The notes: a model not told the origin generated them from the letters alone. Counted from the stretch's first letter, positions 19,167 to 32,304 are shown. The stretch: 64,000 nt of DNA from Fusobacteriales bacterium (GCA_020063625.1 JAICDD010000003.1:16833-80832), one strand, 5' to 3'. Made by a program: numbers and translations.

Positions 19167-21387
19167 TTTTTTATATAAAATTATTGTTTTTATTCTTTTT
19201 TTCTTTTCACCAATTATTGTTTTAAAATTGTTGTCTAATTTTGATTTTTATATTCAAAGTTATATTGTTTTATACTTTTTTCAAATAATTGTTCTTGTGT
19301 TTAGTTATTTTTTATATGAATTTAGATTAAGACTATATTTTTCAAAAACAATTAAAAAAATTATGAATAAAAATTCTAAATTTCATTTAAATAATTCTAC
19401 TTATAAAAAATTTTTTGGTTTTGATAGCTTTAGTACATTTGAATATTTTTTTAATGAAGAAATAGATAAATTATTTAATAAAATTAATGAATTAGAATAT
19501 AATTATAATTTATTAGATAAAAACAAATCAGAAAAACTAAGTTTTCAAGAAGAACAGACTAATAAACTTATAAATAAAATTACAAAAGATAATAATTTAA
19601 TATTAAAAAAAGATTTTTTATTAGATGCTTTTTTACAAGTTTTTGATGCATTAGAAAACTCTAATATAAATTACGATATGTTTTTCGATGAAATCTCTTT
19701 TTATCTAATAAAATATTTTGATATAAAAGATTTGATTATTTATAAAAATTCTCTTGAAGGATTTAAAATTTTTAGCCAATTATCTAATGAAAATAGTGTC
19801 CCTGAAGAGATATTGAATAGAATACAAGATAATGAAGGTGGAATCTTTGTTCATACAGATTACAATTATAATAGTGGATATAATTTTATAATTAATCTTA
19901 AAAACTCTTATATCCATCATGGTATTATTTTTATAAATATAAATGATACTGAGTATATAGAAAATGAGTTATTATTTAAATTAACAAAAGCCATTATTCA
20001 AGGCTTTACTCATATGTTAAATAATCTATATTTTATTAAACAACTAAATTTAAAAATAAAAGATAAAGAAGATAAAATTAATGAATTAAATACTCAATTA
20101 AAGGATACTGAAAATAGCTTAGAACTTCAATTAGATGAAGTTTCAAATATGTATGAAGAGATTGTAACTTTATATAAAATTGGTAAAGAAATTGGTAAAA
20201 TATATGATAAAAAACAATTAGAAGAAAAAATTATTGAACTTTCATTAGATATAATAGAAGCTGAATTTGGTTTAATCTATTACTATGATAATAAAGGAAT
20301 AAGAATTTCTTCTATAGTTAATGTAGAAGATACTAAATTAAAAGCTGAATTAAAACTTTTATCTAGAATGGAAAGTATTTTTTTCTTTATAAAAAATAGT
20401 GGAAAAGAAGTAATTGTAAATAATGTGTCTACTTTATCTAATTTTTCTTTATTACCATCTATGTTGCGAGAAAAATTAAAAAATTTCATTGAAGTACCTT
20501 TATTCAATGGGAAAAAAATTGTTGGTGGAATTATTCTTTTTAATAAAGAAACTGAGTTTTCAGCTGCAAATGTAAGTTTTTTAACTTCACTTGCAAATCA
20601 ACTTTCTATCACTGTACAAAATATAGATTTTTTAAATAAAGAAATTGAAAGAAGAAAAGAAGAGGAAGAATTAAAAATTGCTAGTCAAATTCAAGCAGGA
20701 TTATTTCCACAAGAGATGCCAAGTCCTAAAAATGCTGATTTTTATGGAGTTAATATTCCCGCAAAAGCTGTTGGTGGAGATTATTATGATTTAATACAAA
20801 TAAATGAAAATATTGTTATCGGTATTGTTGCTGATGTATCTGGAAAAGGTATTCCTGCATCGCTATTAATGAGTATGTTAAAAACTATTTTTAAAATGTC
20901 TATTACAAAATTAAATGAATTTTCACCTGAAAAAATACTTTCTTTATTAAATGAGTACTTAATAAATGAGAATTTAAATGGAAAATTTGTAACTGCTGCA
21001 TGTTTTAAAATAGATACTGAAAAAAGAGAAATTGAGCTTTCTAATGCTGGTCATGATCCTGTATTACATTATGATTCTACTAATAATAAAATTCTAGAAT
21101 ATCAAGCTGGAGGAACTGTTTTAGGATTTTTAGAAGAAACATTTGAAAAAGAAGTCATAAAATACAATCCAAATGATATTTTCCTTCTTTATACTGACGG
21201 TGTTATTGAGGCTAGAAGTTTAAATAATGAATTTTTTGAATTTAATAGATTGTATGATAGTATAAAAAAATATAGTGAATTAAATGCAAAAGAATTAATT
21301 GAAAATTTAATGTTTGACATAAAAAAATTTACTAATGGAAATAAACAAAATGATGATATTACTATATTAGCTATAAAGGGGTTATAA
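19147..21387 (+). CDS. membrane-anchored GAF + SpoIIE/PP2C phosphatase (RsbU-like)
   Basis: 2 TM, coiled coil, GAF; VGGDYYD, ADVSGKG, NAGH, YTDGVIE, DDIT. Confidence 0.9.
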   Translation: MKDWQVNFLYKIIVFILFFFSPIIVLKLLSNFDFYIQSYIVLYFFQIIVLVFSYFLYEFRLRLYFSKTIKKIMNKNSKFHLNNSTYKKFFGFDSFSTFEYFFNEEIDKLFNKINELEYNYNLLDKNKSEKLSFQEEQTNKLINKITKDNNLILKKDFLLDAFLQVFDALENSNINYDMFFDEISFYLIKYFDIKDLIIYKNSLEGFKIFSQLSNENSVPEEILNRIQDNEGGIFVHTDYNYNSGYNFIINLKNSYIHHGIIFININDTEYIENELLFKLTKAIIQGFTHMLNNLYFIKQLNLKIKDKEDKINELNTQLKDTENSLELQLDEVSNMYEEIVTLYKIGKEIGKIYDKKQLEEKIIELSLDIIEAEFGLIYYYDNKGIRISSIVNVEDTKLKAELKLLSRMESIFFFIKNSGKEVIVNNVSTLSNFSLLPSMLREKLKNFIEVPLFNGKKIVGGIILFNKETEFSAANVSFLTSLANQLSITVQNIDFLNKEIERRKEEEELKIASQIQAGLFPQEMPSPKNADFYGVNIPAKAVGGDYYDLIQINENIVIGIVADVSGKGIPASLLMSMLKTIFKMSITKLNEFSPEKILSLLNEYLINENLNGKFVTAACFKIDTEKREIELSNAGHDPVLHYDSTNNKILEYQAGGTVLGFLEETFEKEVIKYNPNDIFLLYTDGVIEARSLNNEFFEFNRLYDSIKKYSELNAKELIENLMFDIKKFTNGNKQNDDITILAIKGL

Positions 21388-21389
21388 CT

Positions 21390-21830
21390 ATGAATAAAAA
21401 TCCAAGAGTTCGAGTTGCTGGTATACTTGTAAAAGACGATAAATTATTATTGATTCAACATAAAAAAAATGGAAAAGAGTATTGGTTGTTGCCTGGTGGT
21501 GGAGTAGATTTTGGAGAAACTATGCAAGAAGCATTAAAAAGAGAATTTATTGAAGAAACAAATCTAAATATAAATGTAAATGAACTACTTTTTATCTCTG
21601 AAGCTATTGACCCAAAAGGAGAAAAACATATTATTAATTTCTTTTTTAAAGTTGAATATGTTGACGGTATTTTAAAGTTAGCAAAAGAGAAAAGATTAGT
21701 TGATTTAAAATATATTGATATTGATGAAATAGATAATATTATTATGTATCCAAACATAAAAAAACAATTAATTAATTATTTTAAAAATAATGACAACAGT
21801 ATAAAATATATAGGAAATATTTGGGAATAA
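21390..21830 (+). CDS. NUDIX hydrolase
   Basis: Nudix box GGGVDFGETMQEALKREFIEET. Confidence 0.92.
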   Translation: MNKNPRVRVAGILVKDDKLLLIQHKKNGKEYWLLPGGGVDFGETMQEALKREFIEETNLNINVNELLFISEAIDPKGEKHIINFFFKVEYVDGILKLAKEKRLVDLKYIDIDEIDNIIMYPNIKKQLINYFKNNDNSIKYIGNIWE

Positions 21831-21832
21831 GG

Positions 21833-21861
21833 TTGACATTATTATGTTTATCTTGTAAAAT
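21833..21861 (+). promoter_or_regulatory. apt promoter
   Basis: TTGACA (21833-21838), N17, TAAAAT (21856-21861). Confidence 0.75.
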
Positions 21862-21908
21862 AAAAATTCAGTGTATATTATAAATATTTAGGAGGAAATA
21901 TAACTAAA

Positions 21909-22436
21909 ATGGAAAAAAATTTTGATTATTTAAAAGAATTAATAAGAACAATTCCTGATTTCCCAGAAAAAGGAATACTTTTTAGAGATATTACTACATT
22001 ATTAAAAGATAAAAAAGGACTAAAAGATGTTATAGATATTTTTAGTGAGAGATATAAAGATAAAAATATTGATTATGTATTAGGTGCTGATGCTAGAGGG
22101 TTTATTTTTGGTGCAGCTATTGCATATAATATTGGAGCAGGTTTTGTTCCTGTAAGAAAAAAAGGAAAATTACCTTATAAAACACTTTCTGCAGATTATA
22201 CTTTAGAATATGGAACTAACTCTATAGAAATACATGAAGATGCAATTGAAAAAGATTCTACTGTTATTATTGTAGATGACCTTTTAGCTACTGGTGGTAC
22301 TGCAAGAGCTATGATTGATTTAGTAGATAAAATAGGAGCTAAAATAGAAGAATTAGCTTTTATGATTGAACTTAGTGATTTAAATGGAAGAGATAAATTA
22401 AATGGACATAATGTATTTTCAATTTTAAAATACTAA
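21909..22436 (+). CDS. apt: adenine phosphoribosyltransferase
   Basis: IPDFPEKGILFRDIT, ARGF, VRKKGKLP, VDDLLATGGT. Confidence 0.97.
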   Translation: MEKNFDYLKELIRTIPDFPEKGILFRDITTLLKDKKGLKDVIDIFSERYKDKNIDYVLGADARGFIFGAAIAYNIGAGFVPVRKKGKLPYKTLSADYTLEYGTNSIEIHEDAIEKDSTVIIVDDLLATGGTARAMIDLVDKIGAKIEELAFMIELSDLNGRDKLNGHNVFSILKY

Positions 22437-22442
22437 AAATCT

Positions 22443-22548
22443 GGGATACTAAAAAGCTAATTTCTATTGAACAAATTAAAAACGAGTCCTTTAAAATTAA
22501 GGACTCGTTTAATTACTTTATTTTTTAGCAATAATTTTTAGTTATCTC
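22443..22548. repeat. degenerate full-length REP/MITE-like element (reverse orientation)
   Basis: Core AAAAACGAGTCCTT-taaaatt-AAGGACTCGTTTAATT; flanks align with the ends of 1492-1594. Confidence 0.75.
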
Positions 22549-22585
22549 ATCTATTTTTTTAAAAATAAAGAAATGTGGTGAATAA

Positions 22586-25923
<3,338 letters not shown>

Positions 25924-25935
25924 ACTTTATTTATA

Positions 25936-25959
25936 AGAAGGGTAAATCACCCTTTTTTT
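25936..25959 (+). terminator. intrinsic terminator
   Basis: AAGGGT-aaatc-ACCCTT plus T run. Confidence 0.7.
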
Positions 25960-26030
25960 ATTGTAAATAATAACTATTTAATATAAAATATATTATAATT
26001 GTTATTATTTGCTTTTTTGAAAGGAGTAAA

Positions 26031-27323
26031 ATGAATATAAAAGAGAGAATTATAGATCTGTTTTCTCAATATGAATCTGGAAAATATTCTAATATTGCTT
26101 TAAATGAATATTTTAGAGAAAATCCTAATTTACCAATAAAAGAAAAATCATTTATTACTGAAGTGTTTTACGGAATAATTAGAAAGCAAATGCTTTTAGA
26201 ATATATATTGCGTACATATACAAAAAAAATACAATATCCTTGGCTTAAAAATCTTCTTCGTTTATCACTTTATCAAGGACTTTTTATGGATAGTGATGAG
26301 AAGGGCGTTGTTTGGGAAGCAGTAGAACTTGCTAAAAATAAATATGATAATAAAGTAGCTAATTTTGTTAATGGTGTTTTAAGAAAAGTTTTTCGTGAAA
26401 AAGATGATATTTTTAACTCTTTATCAAATAAAAAAGAGTATCTTTTGTACTCTTATCCAAAGTGGTTTTATAATAAAATAAAATCTGATTATCCAAAAAA
26501 TTATAAAGAGATTTTAAAAACTTTAAAAGAAACTCCTTATTTAAGCGTTCGAATCAATAAGCTAAAATATAGTGAACAAGAATTTTTAAATTTATTAGAT
26601 AAATTAAATATTAAAATATTAAAACAATTTAATTCTGTATATTACCTATCAGATGGAAGAATATTAAATACTGACGAATTTAAATCAGGTAAAATAACTG
26701 TTCAAGATGCTTCATCATATATTGCAGCAAAAAATCTAAATGCTAATGAAAATGAAAGAATACTTGATGCTTGTAGTGCTCCTGGTGGAAAATCTATGGT
26801 TATTGCTGAATCTATGAATAATACAGGAGAAGTAATCTCTCTTGATATTCATGAGCATAAAATTAAACTTATTAAAAATAATGCTGAAAATATGGGAATT
26901 AAAAATGTATATCCTATATTAAAAGATGCAACAAAAATAAATGAATTAAATGGTGAATTTGATAGAATTTTAGTAGATGCTCCATGTAGTGGTTTTGGCG
27001 TAATTAGAAAAAAACCTGAAGCTATATATAATAAAACAATATCAAATGTTGAAGAGCTTGCTAAATTGCAACTTGATATTTTAAATGCTGCTAGTGAAAA
27101 ACTTAAAACAAACGGAATATTAGTTTATAGTACTTGTACTATAACAAAAGAAGAAAATACAGCTAATATCCGTAAATTTTTAGAAACACATCCAAATTTT
27201 ACTGTTATTGAAAGTGATATTCCAAAAAATGTTAATTATATAAAAGATAAATATAATGGAATCAATATTTTTGATGATTTTTTAGATGCGTTTTATATTA
27301 TTAAAATGCAAAAAAAATATTAA
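26031..27323 (+). CDS. rsmB: 16S rRNA m5C967 methyltransferase
   Basis: NusB-like N-terminus; QDASS, LDACSAPGGKS, DAPCSGFG, YSTCT. Confidence 0.94.
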   Translation: MNIKERIIDLFSQYESGKYSNIALNEYFRENPNLPIKEKSFITEVFYGIIRKQMLLEYILRTYTKKIQYPWLKNLLRLSLYQGLFMDSDEKGVVWEAVELAKNKYDNKVANFVNGVLRKVFREKDDIFNSLSNKKEYLLYSYPKWFYNKIKSDYPKNYKEILKTLKETPYLSVRINKLKYSEQEFLNLLDKLNIKILKQFNSVYYLSDGRILNTDEFKSGKITVQDASSYIAAKNLNANENERILDACSAPGGKSMVIAESMNNTGEVISLDIHEHKIKLIKNNAENMGIKNVYPILKDATKINELNGEFDRILVDAPCSGFGVIRKKPEAIYNKTISNVEELAKLQLDILNAASEKLKTNGILVYSTCTITKEENTANIRKFLETHPNFTVIESDIPKNVNYIKDKYNGINIFDDFLDAFYIIKMQKKY

Positions 27324-27346
27324 TAATTAAGTGAGAGGAGATAATT

Positions 27347-28000
27347 ATGCTTGAAGAATTAAAACAAGCAAATGAATATATTTATTCAAAATTAAACGAA
27401 AAAAATAAATTATTTTTAGAATTAGAAGAGTATGCTGAAATACATAATGTTCCAATAATTACAAAAGAGGTTAAAGAATTTCTTAGATTTTTACTTTCTA
27501 CAGGAAAATATAAAAATATTTTAGAAATTGGTAGTGCTATTGGGTATTCTGCACTTGTTATGTCAAAAGCATTAAATGATAATTGTAATATCACAACAAT
27601 AGAAATTGATGAAGAAAGATACAATATTGCAAAAGAAAATTTTCAAAAATCAAATAATCAAAATATCAATATCTTGCTTGGTGATGCACTAGATATTCTT
27701 CCAACTCTTAATGATAAATATGATTTTGTATTTATAGATGCTTCAAAAGGTCAATATCAAAAATTTTTTGAACTTTCATACAAATTATTAAATGAAAATG
27801 GTTTAATATTTATTGATAATATTATGTTTAGAGGATATTTATATAAAGATTATCCAAAAAGATTTAAAACAATAGTAAAAAAACTTGATTCTTTTATCGA
27901 CTATTTATATCAAAATCATGATTTCACACTTTTACCTTTTGGAGATGGAATAGGTCTTACGCATAAGAAAGTGACGACTTTCAGAAAAAAAGATTCGTAA
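27347..28000 (+). CDS. O-methyltransferase (YrrM/TrmR-like)
   Basis: ILEIGSAIGYS, FIDASKGQY, FIDNI, GDGI. Confidence 0.85.
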   Translation: MLEELKQANEYIYSKLNEKNKLFLELEEYAEIHNVPIITKEVKEFLRFLLSTGKYKNILEIGSAIGYSALVMSKALNDNCNITTIEIDEERYNIAKENFQKSNNQNINILLGDALDILPTLNDKYDFVFIDASKGQYQKFFELSYKLLNENGLIFIDNIMFRGYLYKDYPKRFKTIVKKLDSFIDYLYQNHDFTLLPFGDGIGLTHKKVTTFRKKDS

Positions 28001-28039
28001 CCCTTTATTTTTAATATTTTTTTTAGAATAACTAAAACA

Positions 28040-28092
28040 AATTAAACGAGTTCTTTATTTTTAAAGAGCTCGTTTTAATTTATTTAATAAAA
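28040..28092. repeat. REP-like palindrome copy
   Basis: AATTAAACGAGTTCTTT-attttt-AAAGAGCTCGTTTTAATTTATTTAATAAAA. Confidence 0.8.
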
Positions 28093-28120
28093 TTTTTTAA
28101 TCATATTATTTTCTTCTAAA

Positions 28121-28140
28121 CAAAAAGAAGCCCGAAGGCT
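28121..28140 (-). terminator. terminator of the small-peptide transcript
   Basis: Minus strand AGCC-UUCG-GGCU followed by UCUUUUU. Confidence 0.7.
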
Positions 28141-28152
28141 GAGGTAGATAAA

Positions 28153-28239
28153 CTATTTTTTCATATACCAAACAAATACAATGAAGCAAGCTATAGCAAT
28201 TCCTCCATTGATGTTTAGTGTAGTAATTTCAATAGTCAT
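28153..28239 (-). CDS. 28-aa hydrophobic peptide, candidate type I toxin (MTIEITTLNINGGIAIACFIVFVWYMKK)
   Basis: Not in the ORF track. AAGGAGGT RBS; one TM-length hydrophobic stretch ending WYMKK; own promoter and terminator. Confidence 0.75.
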   Translation of the reverse strand: MTIEITTLNINGGIAIACFIVFVWYMKK

Positions 28240-28250
28240 ATACTACCTCC

Positions 28251-28342
28251 TTGTGTGTGATTTTACCTACGAGAAACGTGACTAACTCATAGGTATGAAA
28301 AAGGCTCTCTACAAGAGAGAGCCTATCTCATCACGTTTTTTT
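28251..28342 (+). ncRNA. predicted cis-antisense (antitoxin-like) RNA
   Basis: Possible -10 TATACT (28239-28244) with a weak -35; hairpins 28264-28295 and 28302-28324, then a T run; complementary to the peptide 5' UTR. Confidence 0.45.
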
Positions 28343-28383
28343 AATTCACACACAAGGAAACGCCTTCGAGCGTTTACAGTAAT

Positions 28384-28412
28384 ATTATACTTTATTTATT
28401 AAGTTTTTTCAA
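28384..28412 (-). promoter_or_regulatory. promoter of the small-peptide mRNA
   Basis: Minus strand TTGAAA (28412-28407), N17, TATAAT (28389-28384). Confidence 0.75.
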
Positions 28413-28477
28413 TACAATAATTATTTTTATTTATTTAAAGGATTTTTATTTTTTTTTAGTAAATATTTACGAGGTGA

Positions 28478-28753
28478 ATGATTATGAGTAAAGAAACTAT
28501 TGAAATATTAAATAGTATAAATAATTTTCCTAAAAAAATTGATAAAAAAATAGGAGAAAAATTAAAAAGAGATTTTATTCTTGATAATAGTTTTAGCAAT
28601 AAAAATTCAGTAAAAAATTTAGAACGAAGGTATTATTTTAATAATAATAATGAAAAGTATATCTTAATTGAAGAATTTCTATTTAAAGAAAATGAATCAG
28701 AGATAACTATAGAAAATGCTATTGATATAAATTATTATATTAATAAAAAATAA
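28478..28753 (+). CDS. hypothetical small protein
   Basis: 91-aa ORF with GAGGTG RBS; no motif recognised. Confidence 0.7.
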   Translation: MIMSKETIEILNSINNFPKKIDKKIGEKLKRDFILDNSFSNKNSVKNLERRYYFNNNNEKYILIEEFLFKENESEITIENAIDINYYINKK

Positions 28754-28818
28754 TTATTCTAATCTTTATTTTTATATGGTATAATATATAAGTTAATTCT
28801 AATGTTAAGAGGAACTTT

Positions 28819-29769
28819 ATGAAATTTAAAAACATAATTTTTTTAATTTTTACTATAATAATTTTAGCGTCTAGTTATTTTTATTATGATTTTTATTATA
28901 ATAAAAATTTTTATCAAACTGAATTTATTATACATAAAAATGATACAATAAAAACTATATATAATAAATTAAATTTAAATTATAATTTTTTAGATAAACT
29001 TTTTTTTAGATATTTTTTTGATTCAAAAAAAATAAAAGCAGGTAATTTTAATTTAAATAATTATTATACAAAACAAGAGTTATTCCAAGAACTTACTAAA
29101 AACTCTTATAAAATAATTAAAATTGTTATTCCTGAAGGATTTACATTAAAACAAATAAAAAACAGATTAAAATCATATAATCTAATTGATATAACTAAAT
29201 TTGAAGAAGTTTTAAAAAATAAAAAAGATTTTTATTACCCTACACCAAATCAAAATTTTGAAGGGTATTTTTATCCTGATACATATTATTTTACTAAATC
29301 ACAATCTGAAGAGGATATTATAAATATGTTTTTAGATAATTTTTTAAAAAAATATCCACCTAAAGATTACCCTGATAAAAAGAAATTTTATAATAATCTA
29401 ATTCTTGCATCAATTATAGAAAAAGAAGCAGCTAATAATGAAGAAAAATATTTAATATCTTCTGTTTTTCATAATAGATTAAACATAAATATGAAGCTTC
29501 AATCATGTGCTACTTTAGCATATTTATTTGATTATCAAAAAAGAGATTTTTCTAATAAAGAGTTAAAAATAGATTCTAAATATAATACTTATTATTATAA
29601 AGGATTGCCAGAAGCACCTATTTCAAATCCTGGAAAAATATCTTTTTTAGCAGCTGTAAATCCTAAAAAAAGTAAATATTTATATTTTGTATTAACAAAA
29701 GATAAAGTACACCATTTTTCTATTACATATGAAGAACATTTAGAATATAAGAAAGGAAGTAGTTTTTAA
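28819..29769 (+). CDS. mltG: endolytic transglycosylase MltG
   Basis: N-terminal TM; IPEGFT, EGYFYPDTY, LASIIEKEA catalytic Glu, YNTY...GLP..PISNPG. Upstream TTCTAA-N17-TGnTATAAT promoter (28757-28785). Confidence 0.92.
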   Translation: MKFKNIIFLIFTIIILASSYFYYDFYYNKNFYQTEFIIHKNDTIKTIYNKLNLNYNFLDKLFFRYFFDSKKIKAGNFNLNNYYTKQELFQELTKNSYKIIKIVIPEGFTLKQIKNRLKSYNLIDITKFEEVLKNKKDFYYPTPNQNFEGYFYPDTYYFTKSQSEEDIINMFLDNFLKKYPPKDYPDKKKFYNNLILASIIEKEAANNEEKYLISSVFHNRLNINMKLQSCATLAYLFDYQKRDFSNKELKIDSKYNTYYYKGLPEAPISNPGKISFLAAVNPKKSKYLYFVLTKDKVHHFSITYEEHLEYKKGSSF

Positions 29770-30599
29770 TGATTATTAAAATTGAAATGAGTGATAAAGA
29801 ATTTGAAATTTTTAGAGATTATATTTATGAAAGAAGTGGAATACATTATACAATAAATAAAAAAACTATATTACAAAATAGAATAAGAAGAAGACTTCGA
29901 GACCTTGACCTTGATTCTTATACAAAATATTTTGAAATAATTAAAAATAAATCAATGAGTGACCCTGAAGTAATTAAATTTTTTGATGAAGTAACTACTA
30001 ATGAAACATCTTTTTTTAGACATGATAAACAATTTGTTGCTTTAGAAAAAATGATAATTCCTGAATTATTAGAAAATAGAAGAATTTCAACAATTAATAT
30101 TTGGAGTGCTGCTGCTTCTACTGGAAAAGAAGCATACACTATTGCAGCTGTACTAAAAGAAATACCTGAATTAAAAGGAAAAAACATTAAAATCTTAGGT
30201 ACTGATTTAAATCAAAAAGTTTTAGATATTGCAAAAGAAGGAAAATATGATATAAAAGATATTAAAACTGTTGAAAAAAAATATCTAAAATATTTTGATG
30301 TCGATGAAAAAAATGGTATAGTAACTGTAAAAAATGAACTTAAATCTTTAGTAACTTTTAAGAGGTTTAATTTAACTGATAGGTTTACAGGTATTCCTAA
30401 AATGGATATTATATTTTGTAGAAATGTATTTATTTACTTTCAAAAACATACTCAAAAAGAGATTGTTGATAAATTTTATAGTCAACTAAATCCTAATGGT
30501 TTCTTTATTTTAGGACATTCTGAAACATTAAATGGAATTGATAATAGTTTTACATATAGAAAATATAATAATGAAAATTTAATGATATATCAAAAATAG
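29769..30599 (+). CDS. cheR: protein-glutamate O-methyltransferase CheR
   Basis: TTNETSFFR, IWSAAASTG, GTDLN, DIIFCRNVFIYF, GHSETL. Confidence 0.92.
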   Translation: MIIKIEMSDKEFEIFRDYIYERSGIHYTINKKTILQNRIRRRLRDLDLDSYTKYFEIIKNKSMSDPEVIKFFDEVTTNETSFFRHDKQFVALEKMIIPELLENRRISTINIWSAAASTGKEAYTIAAVLKEIPELKGKNIKILGTDLNQKVLDIAKEGKYDIKDIKTVEKKYLKYFDVDEKNGIVTVKNELKSLVTFKRFNLTDRFTGIPKMDIIFCRNVFIYFQKHTQKEIVDKFYSQLNPNGFFILGHSETLNGIDNSFTYRKYNNENLMIYQK

Positions 30600-30628
30600 C
30601 GTTCTTTAGTCTAGAACGCTTATTTTTT
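30598..30628 (+). terminator. intrinsic terminator
   Basis: AGCGTTCT/AGAACGCT stem plus TATTTTTT. Confidence 0.7.
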
Positions 30629-30646
30629 CTTAGCAAGGAGTAATTA

Positions 30647-32302
30647 ATGAAAAATATTTTATTTTTAGCAATAAACAGTAAATATGTGCATACTAATCTT
30701 GCACTTAGATATATAAAAAAATATGTTGAAAAAAATAGTTCTTATAAAATAAAATTAATTGAAAAAACTATAAATAATCATTTATTAGAAATTTTAACTG
30801 ATATAAATGAAGCTAATCCTGAATTAATTGCTATTTCTACTTATATTTGGAATAGTGAATATGTATATAAATTAATAATAGAGATTAAAAAAATCTTACC
30901 TAATACTAAAATTTTATTAGGTGGACCAGAAGTATCATATCAAGCAGAAAAACTAATGAATACATATAAAGAAATAGATTATATTATCTCTGGAGAAGGA
31001 GAAGAAGTTTTTTTAGAGTTTTTAGCTAAAGATATTGATACTATAAAAGGAATATATTATAGAAAAAATAATAATATAATGTTTAATGGACATAAAGCTC
31101 CGATATATAATCTAGATACAGTTCCGTTTCCTTATGATGAAGAGGAGTTATCTGAAAATTCACCTTTAATATTATATTATGAATCATCTAGAGGATGTCC
31201 TTTTAACTGTGCTTATTGTATGTCTTCAATTGATAAGCAAGTTAGATATTTTTCTCTCGAAAGAGTTAAAAATGATTTATTAAAATTTATTAATAAAAAA
31301 GTAAAATTAGTAAAATTTGTTGATAGAACTTTTAATTTAAAAAAAGATAGATATCTAGAAATATGGCAATTTTTATTAGAAAATTATAATAAAAAAACTA
31401 CTTTTCATTTTGAAATAAGTGTCGATTTATTTGATGATGAAGTTATTAAATTTTTACAAAAAATTCCTAAAGGATATTTTCAGTTTGAAATAGGAATTCA
31501 AACAATTAATGAAAAAACTTTAAACATTATTCATAGAACAAATAAATTAGAAATACTTAAAAAAAATATTTTAGCTATAAAAGATAATATTCATTTACAT
31601 GTTGACTTAATTGCTGGTTTACCTGAAGAAGATTATAATACATTTAAAAAATCATTTAATTATGTACATTCTTTAAAAGCTGAGATGATACAACTAGGCT
31701 TTTTAAAAATTTTAAATGGTACTGAAATGGAAACTCTTGTAAACAAATATAATTATAATTATCTTAATTTTCCTCCATATGAAGTATTAAGTAATAATTA
31801 TATCTCTTTTAATGAGCTTGTAAAATTAAAAAATATTGAAAAAATGTTAGATTTTTATTATAATTCTAATAACTTTGCAAAATCATTAAATTATATTTTA
31901 GAAAATTTTTATGATTCTCCTTTTGACTTTTATGAGGATATTTCAAAGTATTATAAAAAAAGAGAATTAATAAATATTGCACATAAACAAGTATCAATAT
32001 TTAATTATTTATATGAATTTTATTTAGAAAAATCTTTTACAAATATAGATATTTTTGTAGAATATTTAAAATTTGATTATTTATCAATGGGGAAAACAGG
32101 TCATTTCCCATATTGGTTTGTTAGAAATAGTGATAAAAATAAATATAATGAATTATTACAAGAACTAAATTTTAAATCTAAACGTGATGCTTATAAAAAA
32201 ACTGAGTACGAAATATTTAATTATGATATAATAAATAATAAAAATGATAAAAAAGAAATTCTTTTTATTTATAGTAATGAATTAATAATAAAGGAGATTT
32301 AA
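30647..32302 (+). CDS. B12-binding radical SAM protein (DUF4080-type C-terminus)
   Basis: Cobalamin-binding N-terminus (GGPEVS), SRGCPFNCAYC, DLIAGLP. Confidence 0.9.
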   Translation: MKNILFLAINSKYVHTNLALRYIKKYVEKNSSYKIKLIEKTINNHLLEILTDINEANPELIAISTYIWNSEYVYKLIIEIKKILPNTKILLGGPEVSYQAEKLMNTYKEIDYIISGEGEEVFLEFLAKDIDTIKGIYYRKNNNIMFNGHKAPIYNLDTVPFPYDEEELSENSPLILYYESSRGCPFNCAYCMSSIDKQVRYFSLERVKNDLLKFINKKVKLVKFVDRTFNLKKDRYLEIWQFLLENYNKKTTFHFEISVDLFDDEVIKFLQKIPKGYFQFEIGIQTINEKTLNIIHRTNKLEILKKNILAIKDNIHLHVDLIAGLPEEDYNTFKKSFNYVHSLKAEMIQLGFLKILNGTEMETLVNKYNYNYLNFPPYEVLSNNYISFNELVKLKNIEKMLDFYYNSNNFAKSLNYILENFYDSPFDFYEDISKYYKKRELINIAHKQVSIFNYLYEFYLEKSFTNIDIFVEYLKFDYLSMGKTGHFPYWFVRNSDKNKYNELLQELNFKSKRDAYKKTEYEIFNYDIINNKNDKKEILFIYSNELIIKEI

Positions 32303-32304
32303 CA

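Noticed and set aside
28260-28380. Structured leader as a known riboswitch (c-di-GMP, SAM, TPP etc.)
   Set aside because: No conserved aptamer core motifs found; the pairings centre on SD sequestration of a small hydrophobic ORF
30100-30125. CheR SAAAS instead of SAGCS as a sign of inactivity
   Set aside because: SAAAS also occurs in active enterobacterial CheR
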